A DNA stretch of 64,000 bases from Mobula hypostoma (Eukaryota), in assembly GCF_963921235.1 (NCBI RefSeq), contig NC_086108.1, forward strand, positions 55,244,001 to 55,308,000, read 5' to 3'. The position numbers and the translations under genes were made by a program. Positions 11,407 through 25,171 of the stretch are shown one piece after another. Positions within the stretch are counted from its first letter, which is position 1; each line of letters opens with the position of its first letter. A model generated the notes under the pieces. That model was not told the DNA's origin, made no database searches, and worked only from the letters and a program-made list of their open reading frames with translations.

Positions 11407-12179
11407 TTTCTGCATTGGTGGCTGTAGGTTCAGGTGCTTTGAAGGCTGTTGGGGTGGATGATGACATTCCAATTTCCTTGTGTCAAAAATCTGCATAGAA
11501 TTAATTAAAATCACCGGGATGGGATGTACTGTTGTGGGCAATGCTGCCTGACTCTGTCTTGTAGCTCATTATAGCATGTCAGCCCTGACATAACTGATGG
11601 CTGGTCAAAGACTTCATTTTAAACTGGTATTTTTTCCTTGGTGTCCCTGACAGCTTTACAGAGTTCACATTTTGATTTCTTATAAATATCAAGGTAATCA
11701 TATTTGAACACTGTAATCTTAGACTTAAGTACAAAGTTGTCCTCCAGGTTTATCCATGGTTTCCTGTTTGGGAACAATCAGATCGCCCTCTTTAGTACAC
11801 AGTCCTCTACATACTTTTGTTGAAGTCCATCAAGATGGCAACATGCTCATTTAGGCTAGTTGGTGAGTCTTTGAACATGGACCTGTATACAGACTGCAGT
11901 CAAGTAGAATCTCATCTACTGTATTTCCTCAGGTCAGCACTGTTGAACTTTCAGTGCCATGTCCTCGTGTTCAATTTGTTTGTACGTGGAGGTAAGGTCT
12001 GATTTCCAAAAGTGTGGGTGGGTGGTGGCTTGATAAGCATCTTTGGTTGTTTAGCAATGGTCAAGGGTGTTTGCCCTCTTGGTGGGACAGGAGACACGCT
12101 GTTTGTGTTTTGTAGCACATTCTTGAAGTTGACCTGATTGAAGTTACCTGCAGAGAGCACAGACGAACATCTGGAGAAA

Positions 12180-12668
12180 TTTCTAAAATGCCGGTTTGCT
12201 GCCGCTGTTACAGGGCGATCGAGAATCTTCCGGAGGGAAGGCCTCAAAATCCCCGGCTGGTGGTGACTGAGACTGAGGTCGAATCGTTCGGATAGAGATG
12301 GTGCTTGGTACTTTGTGTCGGAGGGCTGATCGGAAGCTCGAAGTTTTCGGACGACTCAGAGTCGGACTGTGGTCGGGCATGGCGGGGAGAGTTTTCTTCC
12401 TTCTCCCGTCTGCCTGAGATGTGGGACATTCGAGAGACTTTGAACTTTTTTTTACTGTGCCATCGCCTGTTCTTCATCAAGTTATGGTATTGTTGCACTG
12501 TTGTAACTATATGTTATAATTATGTGGTTTTGTTAGTTTTTTCAGTCATGGTCTGTCCTGTGTTTTGTGATATCACACTGGAGGAATATTGTATCATTTC
12601 TTAATGCATGCATTACTAAATGACAATAAAAGAGGACTGCATGTCCTCATAATCTAATCTAATCTAAT
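12180..12668 (+). mobile_element. Non-autonomous non-LTR element with (AATCT)n tail, 5'-truncated
   Basis: AATAAA followed by (AATCT)3 tail; homologous to the minus-strand copy at 33355-34040. Confidence 0.7.
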
Positions 12669-13074
12669 GAAGAGTGCCTCAGTGTATGCTATTTCTAGGC
12701 TGCTTTCCACAGTTGATTGAGTGCAGGGTTCACGGCCACCTGGCGTGGGATGTAGACTGCCATCAGGATAGCTAAATTGAACTCCTGTGGCGGGTAGCAT
12801 GGTTAACATTTCTGTGTTTGATATTTTTACAAGCTGATTGAGCTGGAACTTGTCAGGACCCTCGTGTCTAAGCACCGTGAAGCAGAGCCCTCCACCTATT
12901 GCTTTGCCTGGGGAATCCATACAGTCCATTGAGTGAATTGAGAAGCCCTCATATTGTATGTTCTAGTCACATGAAGCAGGTAGAAGCCATGTTTTGGGCT
13001 GATGTAGCACACAGCAATAATATTTGTTCTGTGGAGCTAAACGTTGTTGAATAGTTATTCAGTAGGTTATACTT

Positions 13075-13480
13075 CGAGGTTGCATTATGGTCATTGCAGG
13101 TGGTGAGTTGGAGATGTGTCTCTACCGAAGGAGGTGTAAAGTGCTCCTTCGCTCCGCTAGCCTGCGTGTTACCTTTGGCAAGGTGTAGGGCTTGTTTAGC
13201 CCCCTGATCAGTGTCATGTGAAGCCACGGGAGCAGGTAGTGGATGTTCATATGAGCAGGTGGTGCATATCGTAAGTCCTGGTTATGCGACCACTAATGCC
13301 AGGCAGACAACCTCTGAAAAGTGTTGATAATGGCTGGGTTCACTCATCTTGTAAAGACACTGCCCAGAAGAAGGCAATGGCAAACCACTTCTTCAGAAAA
13401 AATAGCCAAGAACAATCATGATCATGGAAATAACATGATCACCCACACATCATGTGACATGGCACGTAATGAATGAATGA
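13075..13480 (+). mobile_element. RTE-related SINE-like element
   Basis: Contains GAAGAAGGCAATGGCAAACCACT (RTE/BovB-related motif) and ends in (AATG)n. Confidence 0.55.
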
Positions 13481-14499
13481 TAGTGATTAAACAATCGACT
13501 TGGGTAGCTGACTCTTATGCAAACCCATTGCCTAATTTGTGTTTTATCTGAGACAAGCAGCCTGGTGATGTTTATCATGGAGAACCAGTCTTGGATCCTT
13601 TATGTAAAGAATTCATTCTCAGTATTTGCTACAAGTTGGGAAGGAGTTCAAAATGGTGTTGGTGAAACACAGCTATGCTTTGCTGGAAGGCTTTAAAATT
13701 TCTAAATGTACTTCTCCTGAAATACCCCCACTGCACTCTGTGGCCTGTAATTTCCGTTTAAGTTATGTACTTCTAAACTGTCTTAATGATTTCACAATCT
13801 TCTGAAAAACTTAACTATCAAGAATGCAGGTTTGACACCTTTATGCAGATGAAGGTATATCACCACAGCTGGAAGAAAGGAGGAGGAGAAGGCTCCAAGT
13901 CAGACTAAAACATTGGAGTATGACACTTCCTCTACCCAGTATCTTGTTAGGAAATGTAAAGGTCACTGGAGAACAAAATTGAGGTCCAAAGGGCAAGACG
14001 ATTGAATTGGAGAGAAATGAGGGATTGCTGCCTTCTGTTTCACAGAGACATGGCTAACCTCAGGCAAGCCAGATATGTTGGTAAGAAATGAGGGCTTTTC
14101 AATAGACTGGATGTACTGGACTGCTGATTCTGGAGAAGGCAAAAGGTGGGGTTCTGTGTTTCATGATAAACACATAAAATGGTGCTTGGATGTAGTACTC
14201 TTGTTTCCCCAAATTGCAACATTTAATGATTAAGTGTGAACCGTTCTGCTTACGAAGACAGTTCTCCTCTATGAGCTTACATACTGCCAAGCCCGATGCC
14301 ACGCCAGCACTTCATGTACTGAGTGCTGTGATCAGTGAACAAGAAGCAGCCTGAGCTGATGCATTTCAGATCATTGCTGGGGACTTCAAACAGGCTCATT
14401 TGAAGAAATCTCTGTCCAATTATCATCAATATGTCACCTTCAGCACAAGGAGTTCCAACACATTCGACTGCTATTATACCATGATTAGAAATGCTTACC

Positions 14500-16290
14500 G
14501 TTCGACCATTGGTGGTAGATATAGGAACAATACAAAATGACGCTGGAGATGTTGTAATGAGAGACGCAGAGATGGCAGAGGAACTGAATGTGTATTTTGC
14601 ATCAGTCTTCGTAGTGGAAGACATCTGCAGTATACCGCACATTCAGAGTACCAAGGAAGTGAAGTATGTGCAGTGAAAATTACAACTAAGGAGGTGCTCA
14701 GGAAGCTTAATGGTCTGAGGGTGGATAAATCTCTTGGACCTGATGGAATGCACCCTCAGGTTTTGAAGAAATTAGCTGCAGAGATTGCGTAGGCCTTAAT
14801 GATCTTTCAAGAATCGATAGATTCTGGCATTTTACCGGACGAATGGAAAATTGCAAATGTTACTCCACTATTTAAGAAGGGTGGGAGGCAGCAGAAAGGA
14901 AATTATAGACCTATTAGCCTGACATCAGTGGTTGGGAAGTTGTTGGAATCGATTGCTAGGGATGAGATTACGGGGTACCTGGAGCCACATGATAAAATAG
15001 GCCAAAGCCAGCATGATTTCCTGAAAGGAAAACCCTGCCTGCCTAACCTACTGCAATTTTTTGAGGAAATTACAAGCAGGGTAGACAAAGGAGATGCAGT
15101 AGATGTGGTGTACTTGGATTTTCAGAAGGCCTTTGACAAGGTGCCACACATGAGGCTGCTTAGCAAGATAAGAGCCCATGGAATTACTGGGAAGTTACTA
15201 GCATGGGTGGAGCATTGGCTGATCGGCAGAAAACAGAGAGTGGGAATAAAGGGATCCTATTCTGGCTGGCTGCCATCTACCAGTGGAGTTCCACAGGGGT
15301 CTGTGTTCAGACTGCTGCATTTTATGATGCGTGTCAATGATTTGGATTTGTGGCTAAATTTGCCAATGATACAAAGATAGGTGGAGGAGTGGGTAGTGTT
15401 GAGGAAACAGAGAGCCTGCAGAAAGACTTAGATAGTTTAGGAGAATGGGCAAAGAAGTGGCAAATGAAATACAATGTTGGGAAGTGTATTGTCATGCACT
15501 TTGGTGGAAGAAATACACGGCAGACTATTAATTTAGATGGAGAGTAGATTCAAACTGCAGAGATGCAAAGGGACTTGGGAGTCCTTGTACAGGATCCTCT
15601 GAAGGTTAGCCTCCAAGTTGAATTGGTGGTGAAGAAGGCAAATGCAATGTTGGGATTCATTTCTAGAGGTATATTCTATACCTAAGAGCAGGGATATGAT
15701 GTTGAGGTTTTATAAGGCACTCGTGAGACCACACTTGGAATATTGTGTGCAGTTTTGGGCTCCTTATTTTAGAAAGGTTATACTGACATTGGAGAGGGAT
15801 CAGAGGAGATTCATGAGAATAATTCCAGGAATGAAAGGGTTACCGTATGAGGAATGTCTGGCAGCTCTTGGGCTGTATTCTCTGGAGTTCGGGAGAATGA
15901 GGGAGAATCTCATAGAAACATTATAAAAGTTAAGAGGCCTGAACAGATTAGATATGGCAAAGTTATTTCCCATGGTAGGGGAGTCTCGCATTAGAGGGCA
16001 CGACGTCAGGGCTGAAGGATGTCTATTTACAACAGAGATGCGGAGAACTTACTTTAGCCAGAGGGTGGTAAATCTGTGGAATTTGTTGCCATGAGTGGCT
16101 GTGGAGGCCAAGTCATTGGGTGCAGTTAAGGCAAAGATAGATACGTTCTTGTCTGGCCAGGGCATCACAGGGTATGGGGAGAAGGCAGGGGAATGGGGAT
16201 GACTGGAAGAATTGGATCAGCCCATGATTGAATGGCAGAGCAGACTCGATGGGCCAAATGGCCTGCTTCTGCTCCGTGTCTTATGGTCTA
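14500..16290 (+). mobile_element. CR1 LINE, 5'-truncated, disrupted RT
   Basis: WKIANVTPLFKKG...NYRPISLTS, YLDFQKAFDKVPH, SGVPQGS, KFANDTK, LVRPHLEYCVQFW; CR1 3' UTR. Confidence 0.92.
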
Positions 16291-17421
16291 ATCCCTAGAC
16301 CATATTTCAGGGAATCTGATCAGTCTCTCTCTACCTGCGTGCAATCAGAGGCTAAAAGAATAAAACTCCAGGTGGAAGGACAACAAAGGTGGTAGCGGGA
16401 GGCACAGGAGTAGCTATGGAATTACTTTAAAGATGGTGGACTAGGCCATGTTCAAGGACTCCTCAGAGAATCTGAACGCTATGGATGTCAAGGATTTTAT
16501 AAAAACAGTTGTGGATGAGTGTGTCCCCACAAAATCATTGTCTTCCCCAACTAGAAACCCTGTATGAACCATGAGATCCACAATCTGCTGAAGGCCAGAA
16601 CAGTGGTAGTCGGGTCTGGCAACCAAAAAACACAAGAGCTTCAGATATGACCTCTATCTGACATTTGAAGTGGCTATTCTGGAACAAACTTAACTACTGA
16701 AGGATGTTCAACATCTGTGGCAGGGTTTGAAAGCTATCATCTCCTACAAAGTGACATGGTTTCACTCCCGGTTGAGCTCGATGCCTTTTATGCCTGCTTT
16801 GACCATCAAAACATGGAGGCACCTTAGCAACTTCCCACAGTCCTGATGACCCTGTGATATCTGTCTCTGCAGCCGATATGAGAGCATCTGAACCCATGGA
16901 AATCATCCAGTCCAGACGGGGTAACTGGCTGAATACTAAAGACCTGTGCTGATCAACTGGCTGGAGTGTTCACTGAGAACTTTAACCTCTTGCTTCGGCA
17001 GTCTGGGGTTCCCACCTGCTTCAGGCAGGCTTCAATTATACTGGTGCCTAAGAAGAACATGGTAACCAGCCTCTATGATTATTATCCAGTAGCACTTGCT
17101 TACATCCACTGTGGTGAAGTGCTTTGAGAGGTTCGTGATGAAACTAATCATCTCCTGCCTGCGGTGCAACTTGGATCCACTCCAGTTTGCCTACTGACAC
17201 AACAGGCCCACGGTAGATGCCACTTCATTGTCTCTTCACTCAACCCTGGAATGTCTGGATAGTGAAGATGCATTCATCAGGATGCTCTTTATCGACTGCA
17301 GCTTGGCATTCAATACTATGATCGGTTCAAAACTAATCAATAAGTTTCATTTTCATTTTTAAAATCTTTTTGTTGATATATAATCTTCTACAGCTATAAA
17401 ATACAAAAGTTCAACAAATTA

Positions 17422-17444
17422 GTGGGTGTGTGTAGGTGTGTATG

Positions 17445-17482
<38 letters not shown>

Positions 17483-17676
17483 AGCTGAGGAAAAAAAACT
17501 AATGCTAATGGAAAAAAAAATGTAAGGAAAAAAGAGAACCCCAACTAACTACAAAAAACCCCTACTAACTGCAAAAGAAAAAAACATTGGGAACCAACTC
17601 CCGGAGCAATACATCTTACAATTTTTAAAAATTTATATATGTATATATGTGTGTGTGTATGTATATGTATGTAGTA

Positions 17677-17725
<49 letters not shown>

Positions 17726-17757
17726 ATATATATATATGTGTGTGTGTATATATATAA
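17422..17757. repeat. (TA)n/(TG)n compound microsatellites (~17422-17478 and ~17632-17757)
   Basis: Directly visible dinucleotide runs within the L1 3' UTR. Confidence 0.95.
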
Positions 17758-19390
17758 TAGAAAGAACAGCAACAACCAAATCACATTTATATAACATAAA
17801 TTTGGAAGGAAACCATATAAATTAATTCAAATTAAATGATAATATTTGGCAAAGGAGCCCCACCTTCTCTCAAAATCGAATCTGGGATCAAAAGTTCTAC
17901 TTCTAATTTTTTCCATACTAAGGCATAACATTACTTGGGAAAACCATTGAGTTAGTGTAGAGGCAGAAGTATCTTTCCACTTCAGTAAAATAGCCCTTCT
18001 TGCCAACAATGTAGCGATTGCAATTAGATGTTGGTTTGAAAATGAAATACCCTGAATATGATGTGGAACTATTCCAAATAGAACAGTCAATGTATTAGGC
18101 TGTAAATTAATTTTCAAAGCTTTAGAAATTGTAGAAAATAAAGATTTCCAAAGAGATTTTAATGAGAAACATGACCGGAACATATGTGACAAATAGCTAC
18201 TTCATTTTTACACCTATAACAATAGTTGTCTATATTAGGAAATATTTTTGATAGCCTCTCCTTTGTTAAATAATAACGTTGAACAATTTTAAATTGAATT
18301 AAACAATGATTGGCACATGTTGAAGAAGAATTAACCATTTTCAGAACTCGCAACCAATCTTCATTAACAAAAGTCATATTAAATTCTCTCTCCCAATCTT
18401 GCTTAATCTTTAGTGAGAGGTTATCTTTTTGCAGTAAAAATAAATTATAAATTCTACCAATGGAACCTCTCACTAAAGGATTCATATTCAAAACAGTATC
18501 CAACAAATCAGATTCTTGCATATATGAAAACGTAGAAACATATTTTTGTAAAAAATGTCTAACCTAAAAATATTGCAAGAAATATGTATGAGAGAGAGAA
18601 TATTTGCTAATTAACTCTTCAAAAGTCATCAATCGACCATCACTAAACAAATCTGCAAAAGAACAGATCCCCTTATTTCTCCATAAAAGAAAAATGGGAT
18701 CAGTAATTGAAGGTTTAAATAGCAAATTTCAAAACACAGGGCTAGGCAATTTAAATTGTTTAAAATTATAAGAGTTGCGAAACTGAAACCAAATCCGTAA
18801 GGACTGTTAAATAACAGGGTAGAGATTTAAATTGGGAATTTTAGCAAGTTGTAAAGGTAATGGTGCTCCTAATAATGAAGTTAAATGAAATTGTTTAATA
18901 GCTTTTAATTCCAAATCAATCCAAGCTGGTTTTTGGCTCTTATCAGGCCAATATAACCAAAAGTATAGTTGTCGAATATTAACAGCCCAATAATACAATC
19001 TAAAATTTGGTAGCGCAAATCCACCATCTTTTTTGGATTTTTGTAAATGAAACTTATTAACTCTTGGTTTTTTATTATTCCAAATAAAGGACAAAATAGT
19101 AGAATCAATTTGATCAAAAAATTTTTGAGTTAGAAAAATAGGTATATTTTGGAAAATATATAAAAATCTAGGTAAAATCATCATTTTCACGGCATGAATA
19201 TGACCTATTAAAGAAAGTGTAAGAGGATTCCATCTAGAAAATAATTGTTTCATACAGTCCAATAAAGGAACTACATTAGCTTTATAAAGATCTTTAATTT
19301 TTTTTGTAATGATAATACCCAAATATGGAAAAGAATTCACAATTCTAAATGGAATATCATTATATATAAAAACAGCAATATTTAAAGGGA

Positions 19391-21493
19391 AGGTGGGAAA
19401 CCTTCAAAGCAGAAATTTTGAGAGTGCAGAATTTGTATGTTCCTGTCAGGATTAAAGGCAAGGTGAATAGGAATAAGGAACCTAGGTTCTCAAGGGATAT
19501 TGCAACTCTGATAAAGAAGAAGACGGAGTTGTATGATGTGCATAGGAAGCAGGGAGTAAATAAGGTGCTTGAGGAGTATAAGAAGTGCAAGAAAATACTT
19601 TAAGAAAGAAATCAGGAGGGCTAAAAGAAGACATGAGGTTGCCTTGGCAGTCAAAGTGAAGGATAATCCAAAGAGCTTTTACAGGTATATTAAGAGCAAA
19701 AGGATTGTAAGGGATAAAATTGGTCCTCTTGAAGATCAGAGCGGTCAGCTATGTGCGGAACCAAAGGAAATGGGGGAGATCTTAAATAGGTTTTTTACAT
19801 CTGTGTTTACGAAGGAAACTGGCATGAAGTCTATGGAATTAAGGGAAACAAGTAGTGAGATCATGGAAACTGTACAGATCGAAAAGGAGGAGGTCCTTGC
19901 TGTCTCGAGGAAAATTAAAGTGGATCAATCCCCAGGACCTGACAGGATGTTCCCTCGGACCTTGAAGGAGACTAGTGTTGAAATTGCAGGGGCCCTGGCT
20001 GAAATATTTAAAATGTCGCTGTCTACAGGTGAGATGCTGGAGGATTGGAGAGTGGATCGTGTTGTTCCGTTGTTTAAAAAAGGATCGAAAAGTGATCCGG
20101 GAAATTATAGGCCAGTAAGTTTAACGTCGGTAGTAGGTAATTTATTGGAGGGAGTACTAAGAGACAGAATCTACAAGCATTTAGGTAGACTGGGACTTAT
20201 TAGGGAGAGTCAACATGGCTTTGTGCGTGGTAGGTCATGTTTGACCAATCTATTGGAGTTTTTCGAGGAGGTTACCAGGAAAGTGGATGAAGGGAAGGCA
20301 GAGGATATTGTCTACATGGACTTCAGTAAGGCCTTTGACAAGGTCCCGCATGGGAGGTTAGTTAGGAAAATTCAGTCGCTAGGTATACATGGAGAGGTGG
20401 TAAATTGGATTAGACATTGGCTCGATGGGAGAAGCCAGAGAGTGGTGGTAGAGAATTGCTTCTCTGAGTGGAGGCCTGTGACTAGTGGTGTGCCACAGGG
20501 ATCAGTGCTGGGTCCATTGTTATTTGTCATCTATATCAATGATCTGGATGATAATGTGGTAAATTGGATCAGCAAGTTTGCTGATGATACAAAGATTGGA
20601 GGTGTAGTAGACAGTGAGGAAGGTTTTCAGAGCCTGCAGAGGGACTTGGACCAGCTGGAAAAATGGGCTAAAAAATGGCAGATGGAGATTAATACTGACA
20701 AGTGTGAGGTATTGCACGTTGGAAGGACAAACCACTGTAGAACATACAGGGTTAATGGTAAGGCACTGAGGAGTGCAGTGGAACAGAGGGATCTGGGAAT
20801 ACAGATACAAAATTCCCTAAAAGTGGCGTCACAGGTAGATAGGGTTGTAAAGAGAGTTTTTGGTACATTGGCCTTTATTAATCAAAGTATTGAGTATAAG
20901 AGCTGGAATGTTATGATGAGGTTGTATAAGGCATTGGTGAGGCTGAATCTGGAGTATTGTGTTCAGTTTTGGTCACCAAATTACAGGAAGGATATAAATA
21001 AGGTTGAAAGAGTGCAGAGAAGGTGTACAAGGATGTTGCCGGGACTTGAGAAACTCAGTTACAGAGAAAGGTTGAGTAGGTTTGGACTTTATTCCCTGGA
21101 GCGTAGAAGAATGAGGGGAGATTTGATAGAGGTATATAAAATTATGATGGGTATAGATAGAGTGAATGCAAGCAGGCTTTTTCCACTGAGGCAAGGGAGA
21201 AAGAAACCAGAGGACATGGGTTTAGGGTGAGGAGGGAAAAGTTTAAAGGGAACATTAGGGGGGGCTTCTTCACACAGAGTGGTGGGAGTATGGAATGAGC
21301 TACCAGATAAGGTGGTAAATGCGGGTTCTTTTTTTAACATTTAAGAATAAATTGGACAGATACATGGATGGGAGGTGTATGGAGGGATATGGTCCGTGTG
21401 CAGGTCAGTGGGACTAGGCAGAAAATGGTTCAGCACAGCCAAGAAGGGCCAAAAGGCCTGTTTCTGTGCTGTAGTTTCTATGGTTTCTATGGA
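19391..21493 (+). mobile_element. Young 5'-truncated CR1 LINE
   Basis: Long uninterrupted RT frame; (TTTCTATGG)n tail; L1 sequence rejoins on either side. Confidence 0.93.
19569..21230 (+). CDS. CR1 ORF2 reverse transcriptase region (553-aa open frame, lacks endonuclease)
   Basis: PGPD, NYRPVSLTS, YMDFSKAFDKVPH, GVPQGSVLGP, KFADDTK motifs. Confidence 0.85.
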   Translation: MRSIRSARKYFKKEIRRAKRRHEVALAVKVKDNPKSFYRYIKSKRIVRDKIGPLEDQSGQLCAEPKEMGEILNRFFTSVFTKETGMKSMELRETSSEIMETVQIEKEEVLAVSRKIKVDQSPGPDRMFPRTLKETSVEIAGALAEIFKMSLSTGEMLEDWRVDRVVPLFKKGSKSDPGNYRPVSLTSVVGNLLEGVLRDRIYKHLGRLGLIRESQHGFVRGRSCLTNLLEFFEEVTRKVDEGKAEDIVYMDFSKAFDKVPHGRLVRKIQSLGIHGEVVNWIRHWLDGRSQRVVVENCFSEWRPVTSGVPQGSVLGPLLFVIYINDLDDNVVNWISKFADDTKIGGVVDSEEGFQSLQRDLDQLEKWAKKWQMEINTDKCEVLHVGRTNHCRTYRVNGKALRSAVEQRDLGIQIQNSLKVASQVDRVVKRVFGTLAFINQSIEYKSWNVMMRLYKALVRLNLEYCVQFWSPNYRKDINKVERVQRRCTRMLPGLEKLSYRERLSRFGLYSLERRRMRGDLIEVYKIMMGIDRVNASRLFPLRQGRKKPEDMGLG

Positions 21494-24400
21494 ACAATTC
21501 ACTTTTATTTAAATTGAGTTTATATCCTGAAAATTTTCCAAAATCATTTAATAATTCCAAAAGATTAGGAATAGGTTCTTCAGGATTTGAAATATAAACT
21601 AAAAGATCATCTGTATAAGGAGAGATCTTGTATATGGTCCCATTTATAGAGATACCATGAATGTTTCAGCTTCACGAATTATTATAGCCTAGAGATAATG
21701 TTAGATAAAATGTTTTCCAAACGATTAGCCATTATCTTAGAAAGAATCTTAGCATCCATATTTAATCACGAAATAGGTCTATAAAATGAGCATTCAGTAA
21801 GATGGTTATCTTAAGGATTAAAGAAATAGAAGCTTCATAAAAAGAAGGTAAATTACCTTTCTCAAACGATTCATGAAATATTTCCAAAAGGTATGGGGAA
21901 AGTAACTTTTCAAATTTTTTGTAAAATTCTACCGAACAATTGGAGCAATCACGAGTCTGTTTCAAGACCTTGTCCTCAATACCTCCTTGAGAAAGTGGAT
22001 CCTCTGTTTCCTTACTTGCAGACCCCAGTCAGTTTGAATTGGCGACAACATCTCCTCCACAATCACCATCAGCACGGGGGCACCTCAGGGCTGTGTGCTT
22101 AGTCCCTGCTCTACTCACTTTATACCTGTGAATTTGAGGCTAAGCACAGCTCTGATGTCGTATTTAAGATGTTGATGATGCCATTGACATTGGCTGAATC
22201 AAATATGACAAATTGAAAAGATGGCTTGGTGGTGCCACAACAACAACCTCTCAGTCAATATCAACAGGATCAAGGAACTGACTGTTGACTTCAGAAGGAG
22301 GAATCCAGAGGTCTATGAGCCAGTTTTCATCGGGGATCAGAGGTAGGGCGAGTCAGACACTTTAAATTCCTTGGCGTTATCATTCAGAAGATCTGTCAGG
22401 GGCCCAGCACATAAGTGTCTTTACACATAAAGTGCAGCAGCACCTATACCTTCTTAAAAGTTTGTGAAGATTTGGCATGTCATTGAAAACATTGACAAAT
22501 TTCTTTGGATGTGTGATGGAGAACATATTGATCGGTTGTATCACTGCCTGGTATGGAAACACCAATACTCTTAAATGGAAAAGTTTACAAAAAGTAGTTT
22601 TACAGCCCTGTCAATCCCATCTGAAGCCCTCACCACCATTGGGCACATCTACGTGGAGTTCTGCTGCAGGAGAGCAACAGCAAGTCTTGATGAAGGGTCT
22701 CAGCCTGAAATAGTGACTGTTTACTCTTTTTCCGTAGATGCTGCCTGGCCTGCTGAGTTCCTCTAGCATTTTGTGTGTGTTGCATCCATCATCGAGCCCC
22801 CACCATCCAGGTCATGGTCTCTTCTTGCTGCTACCACCAGGAAGGTACAGGACCCTCAAGACCTATGCCACCAGGTTCAGAAACAGATATTATCCCTCAG
22901 CTATCAGGCTCTTGAACCAGAAGAGATAACTTCACTCTTTCTATCATTGTCCTGTTCCCACAATTTGTGGTTCACTTTCAAGGACTCTTCGTCTCATGTT
23001 CTCGTTATTTATTTATTATTCTCCTTTTTGTCTTTATACAGTTTATTTTTTTGCAATTTGGTGTTTGGCCATCTTGTTGGATGCGATCTTTTATTGATTC
23101 AGTTGTGTTTCTTTGTGAATGCCTGCAAGAAAGTGAATTTCAGGTTTGTGTATGGTGACATATATGCACTTTGATCATTTACTTTGAGCATTGACTTTCT
23201 CTACTGCTGAAGCTGCAGGGCAGTTGTTTAAAGAGCATTATTTGAAACGTACTTGAATAACTTTAGTCAGTCATCCTGGGGTAATGAGTGAAAGGAAGAA
23301 ACTCATGAGACTAAGGGAATCACATCTTCCAGGGGTAACTTGAAAGCTACAATTTTGGTGGTGATATATTCACTTTTTCTTGATGAGTTGTCAATTTTTA
23401 ACATCCTGTTTTATTGGCCAGTCTTGTTTTGTTTTGCTCTTCAGTTGCCCTTCAGGATATAAATTCATGTGAACATAAGTAGGATCATCTGGTGAGTTGC
23501 AAGATCTTTTTCTAACAGAGAGTATCTAGAAATGACTTGGAACAAAATGTGTACTTTTGTTAGATATAAAATAGATAGAAATTGCCTCTCGTCTGTTGAC
23601 TTTGTAATTCTTGGGAGAATCTCAGGGTTGATTTTCTAAATGCATACTTCCATTACAAAACCATATTTTTTTTTACCTTGATAGTGGTTTATTTATGACC
23701 TGAGTTTTCATTAAAAAAAAAGACATGATTTTCTGAATCTTCAACAGTTTTGCACTTGTTTCATTTATAAATATATTGTACTGTCAATTCACGTTCCTGA
23801 CAGGAATAGCAGGAGTGATGAAATTGTCTTTGCAAAGAATGGAAATGTATTTGTATGCAGTCGTTTAGTATCTGGGCAGAGTACTATATGATTGAAAATT
23901 CCTATTCCTTGGTGAGTGCAACTAAGCAAAGGTTGAAATCTTCTGTTGATGTAAATGTGTCCATAACCATAGCTTACGGTCCAGTGGTAATCCATCACCA
24001 GCTCTATCATATAAAGAAAGCTCTTGAGTCTGTTTGTTCATTCACTTATGGGATGTAGGTATTGGTGTGAAGGCCATGTAAATATGTCCCATTCTAATTT
24101 CCCTTGCAAAGTTAGTCTTGGCTTGAGCTGCAGACTGTGTCAAAGGCACTTCTGCTGCACCATGAGGTAGGGAATGTCAATATTTATTTCCATTTACAAT
24201 AAAAGATGTTTTATATATGCAAGCTTTCATGTTTCATAGCATCTGCTACCCTTCTTTGAAGCAGTAGAGTTCCATGGTTTGGTAGGTACAAATGAAGAAG
24301 CCTTGAATTTGTGATTGAAGTTATCTGTATTGATGGCTTAAAAAACTATTTCTCAGTACATGTGACAATAATATAATTTTACCAGCATGTGAATAGTAAG

Positions 24401-25171
24401 CAGGAAGTCGGACCAATTTGGGACAAATAGTGGACAGCACTAGAGGTAAAAGCCAAGGTTAAAATGTATCTGGATGCTAAGGAAGAGACTAGTAAGAGTA
24501 AAGATGGTGGATAGGCTGAAAATTGATAAACAAGTTATACGAGAAAGAATATCTATGCTTAGCTGATAATCTGCCCATCCAGATGGCTTAGACCCAAATT
24601 GAGTGTTGGTGATGGCATTGAAAATAGTTGCCATGATCTAGCAATATGCAATAGTCATGGAGGAGATCTTGGAGATTGGAAATTGGCAAGTTTGATGACT
24701 TTGAAGAAAAGATGTATGAGTATTCCTCATACCAGCAAGTTGGTCAAATTAACATTAATGGTAGGAAAGGATTCAGAAAGATAACCAGGAGAAAGATTAA
24801 TAAGTACTAGAAATTTGAATTAAATGAGGAGAGCCAGCAGGGGTTTGTTGAAGATCATGTATGATTCGTCCAATTGAATATTTCAATAAATTAACAAGGG
24901 TGATAAGGAGAAAGAGACTGAGGTTGTCCATATGGATTTTGAGAAAAGAATTTGATAGAACATTATCTAAAAGACTAGTTGATAAAATTGAGGCTCGTTA
25001 ATGGGGAGGGTTAATGTCATCTTGGATTAAAAATGAAAATGGCTTATGGCAGAGAGCAGAGGTTTATGATAAATTTTGTTTATCAGATTGGAGGATGACA
25101 AGTAGAGCTGATCCCCAAAGAACATGGTGGGGATGCTGCTTTCCTTAACATACAGTGGCATGCAAAACTTT

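Larger units (their letters stand above)
4310..12170 (-). mobile_element. Degenerate Rex1/Babar-like non-LTR retrotransposon in pieces (~4310-5669, 10510-10648, 11407-12170), split by the ERV and the solo LTR
   Basis: Sequence similar to other Rex1-like copies in the window; it reads continuously across the ERV (...gtgggaatcttctatt / atattgaagcaggtgaagtttaaaaatg...). Confidence 0.6.
17350..21958 (-). mobile_element. Fish-type L1 (ORF2 remnants plus 3' UTR), interrupted by a CR1
   Basis: FPYLGI...RWNPLTLSLIG...KMMILPRFLYIFQ, C-terminal CYRC...HMF; A-rich tail at ~17350; flanking GTTTCA duplication (17344-17349 and 21959-21964). Confidence 0.85.
13850..23190 (+). mobile_element. Degenerate Rex1/Babar-like LINE in pieces (~13850-14500, 16290-17349, 21959-23190) hosting nested CR1, L1 and PLE insertions
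   Basis: Endonuclease and RT remnants; sequence rejoins across inserts; C-terminal ENILIGCITAWYGN motif. Confidence 0.7.

Noticed and set aside
19569..21230. 553-aa ORF as a domesticated host gene
   Set aside because: Standard CR1 RT within a 5'-truncated copy with an intact tail; youth explains the open frame.
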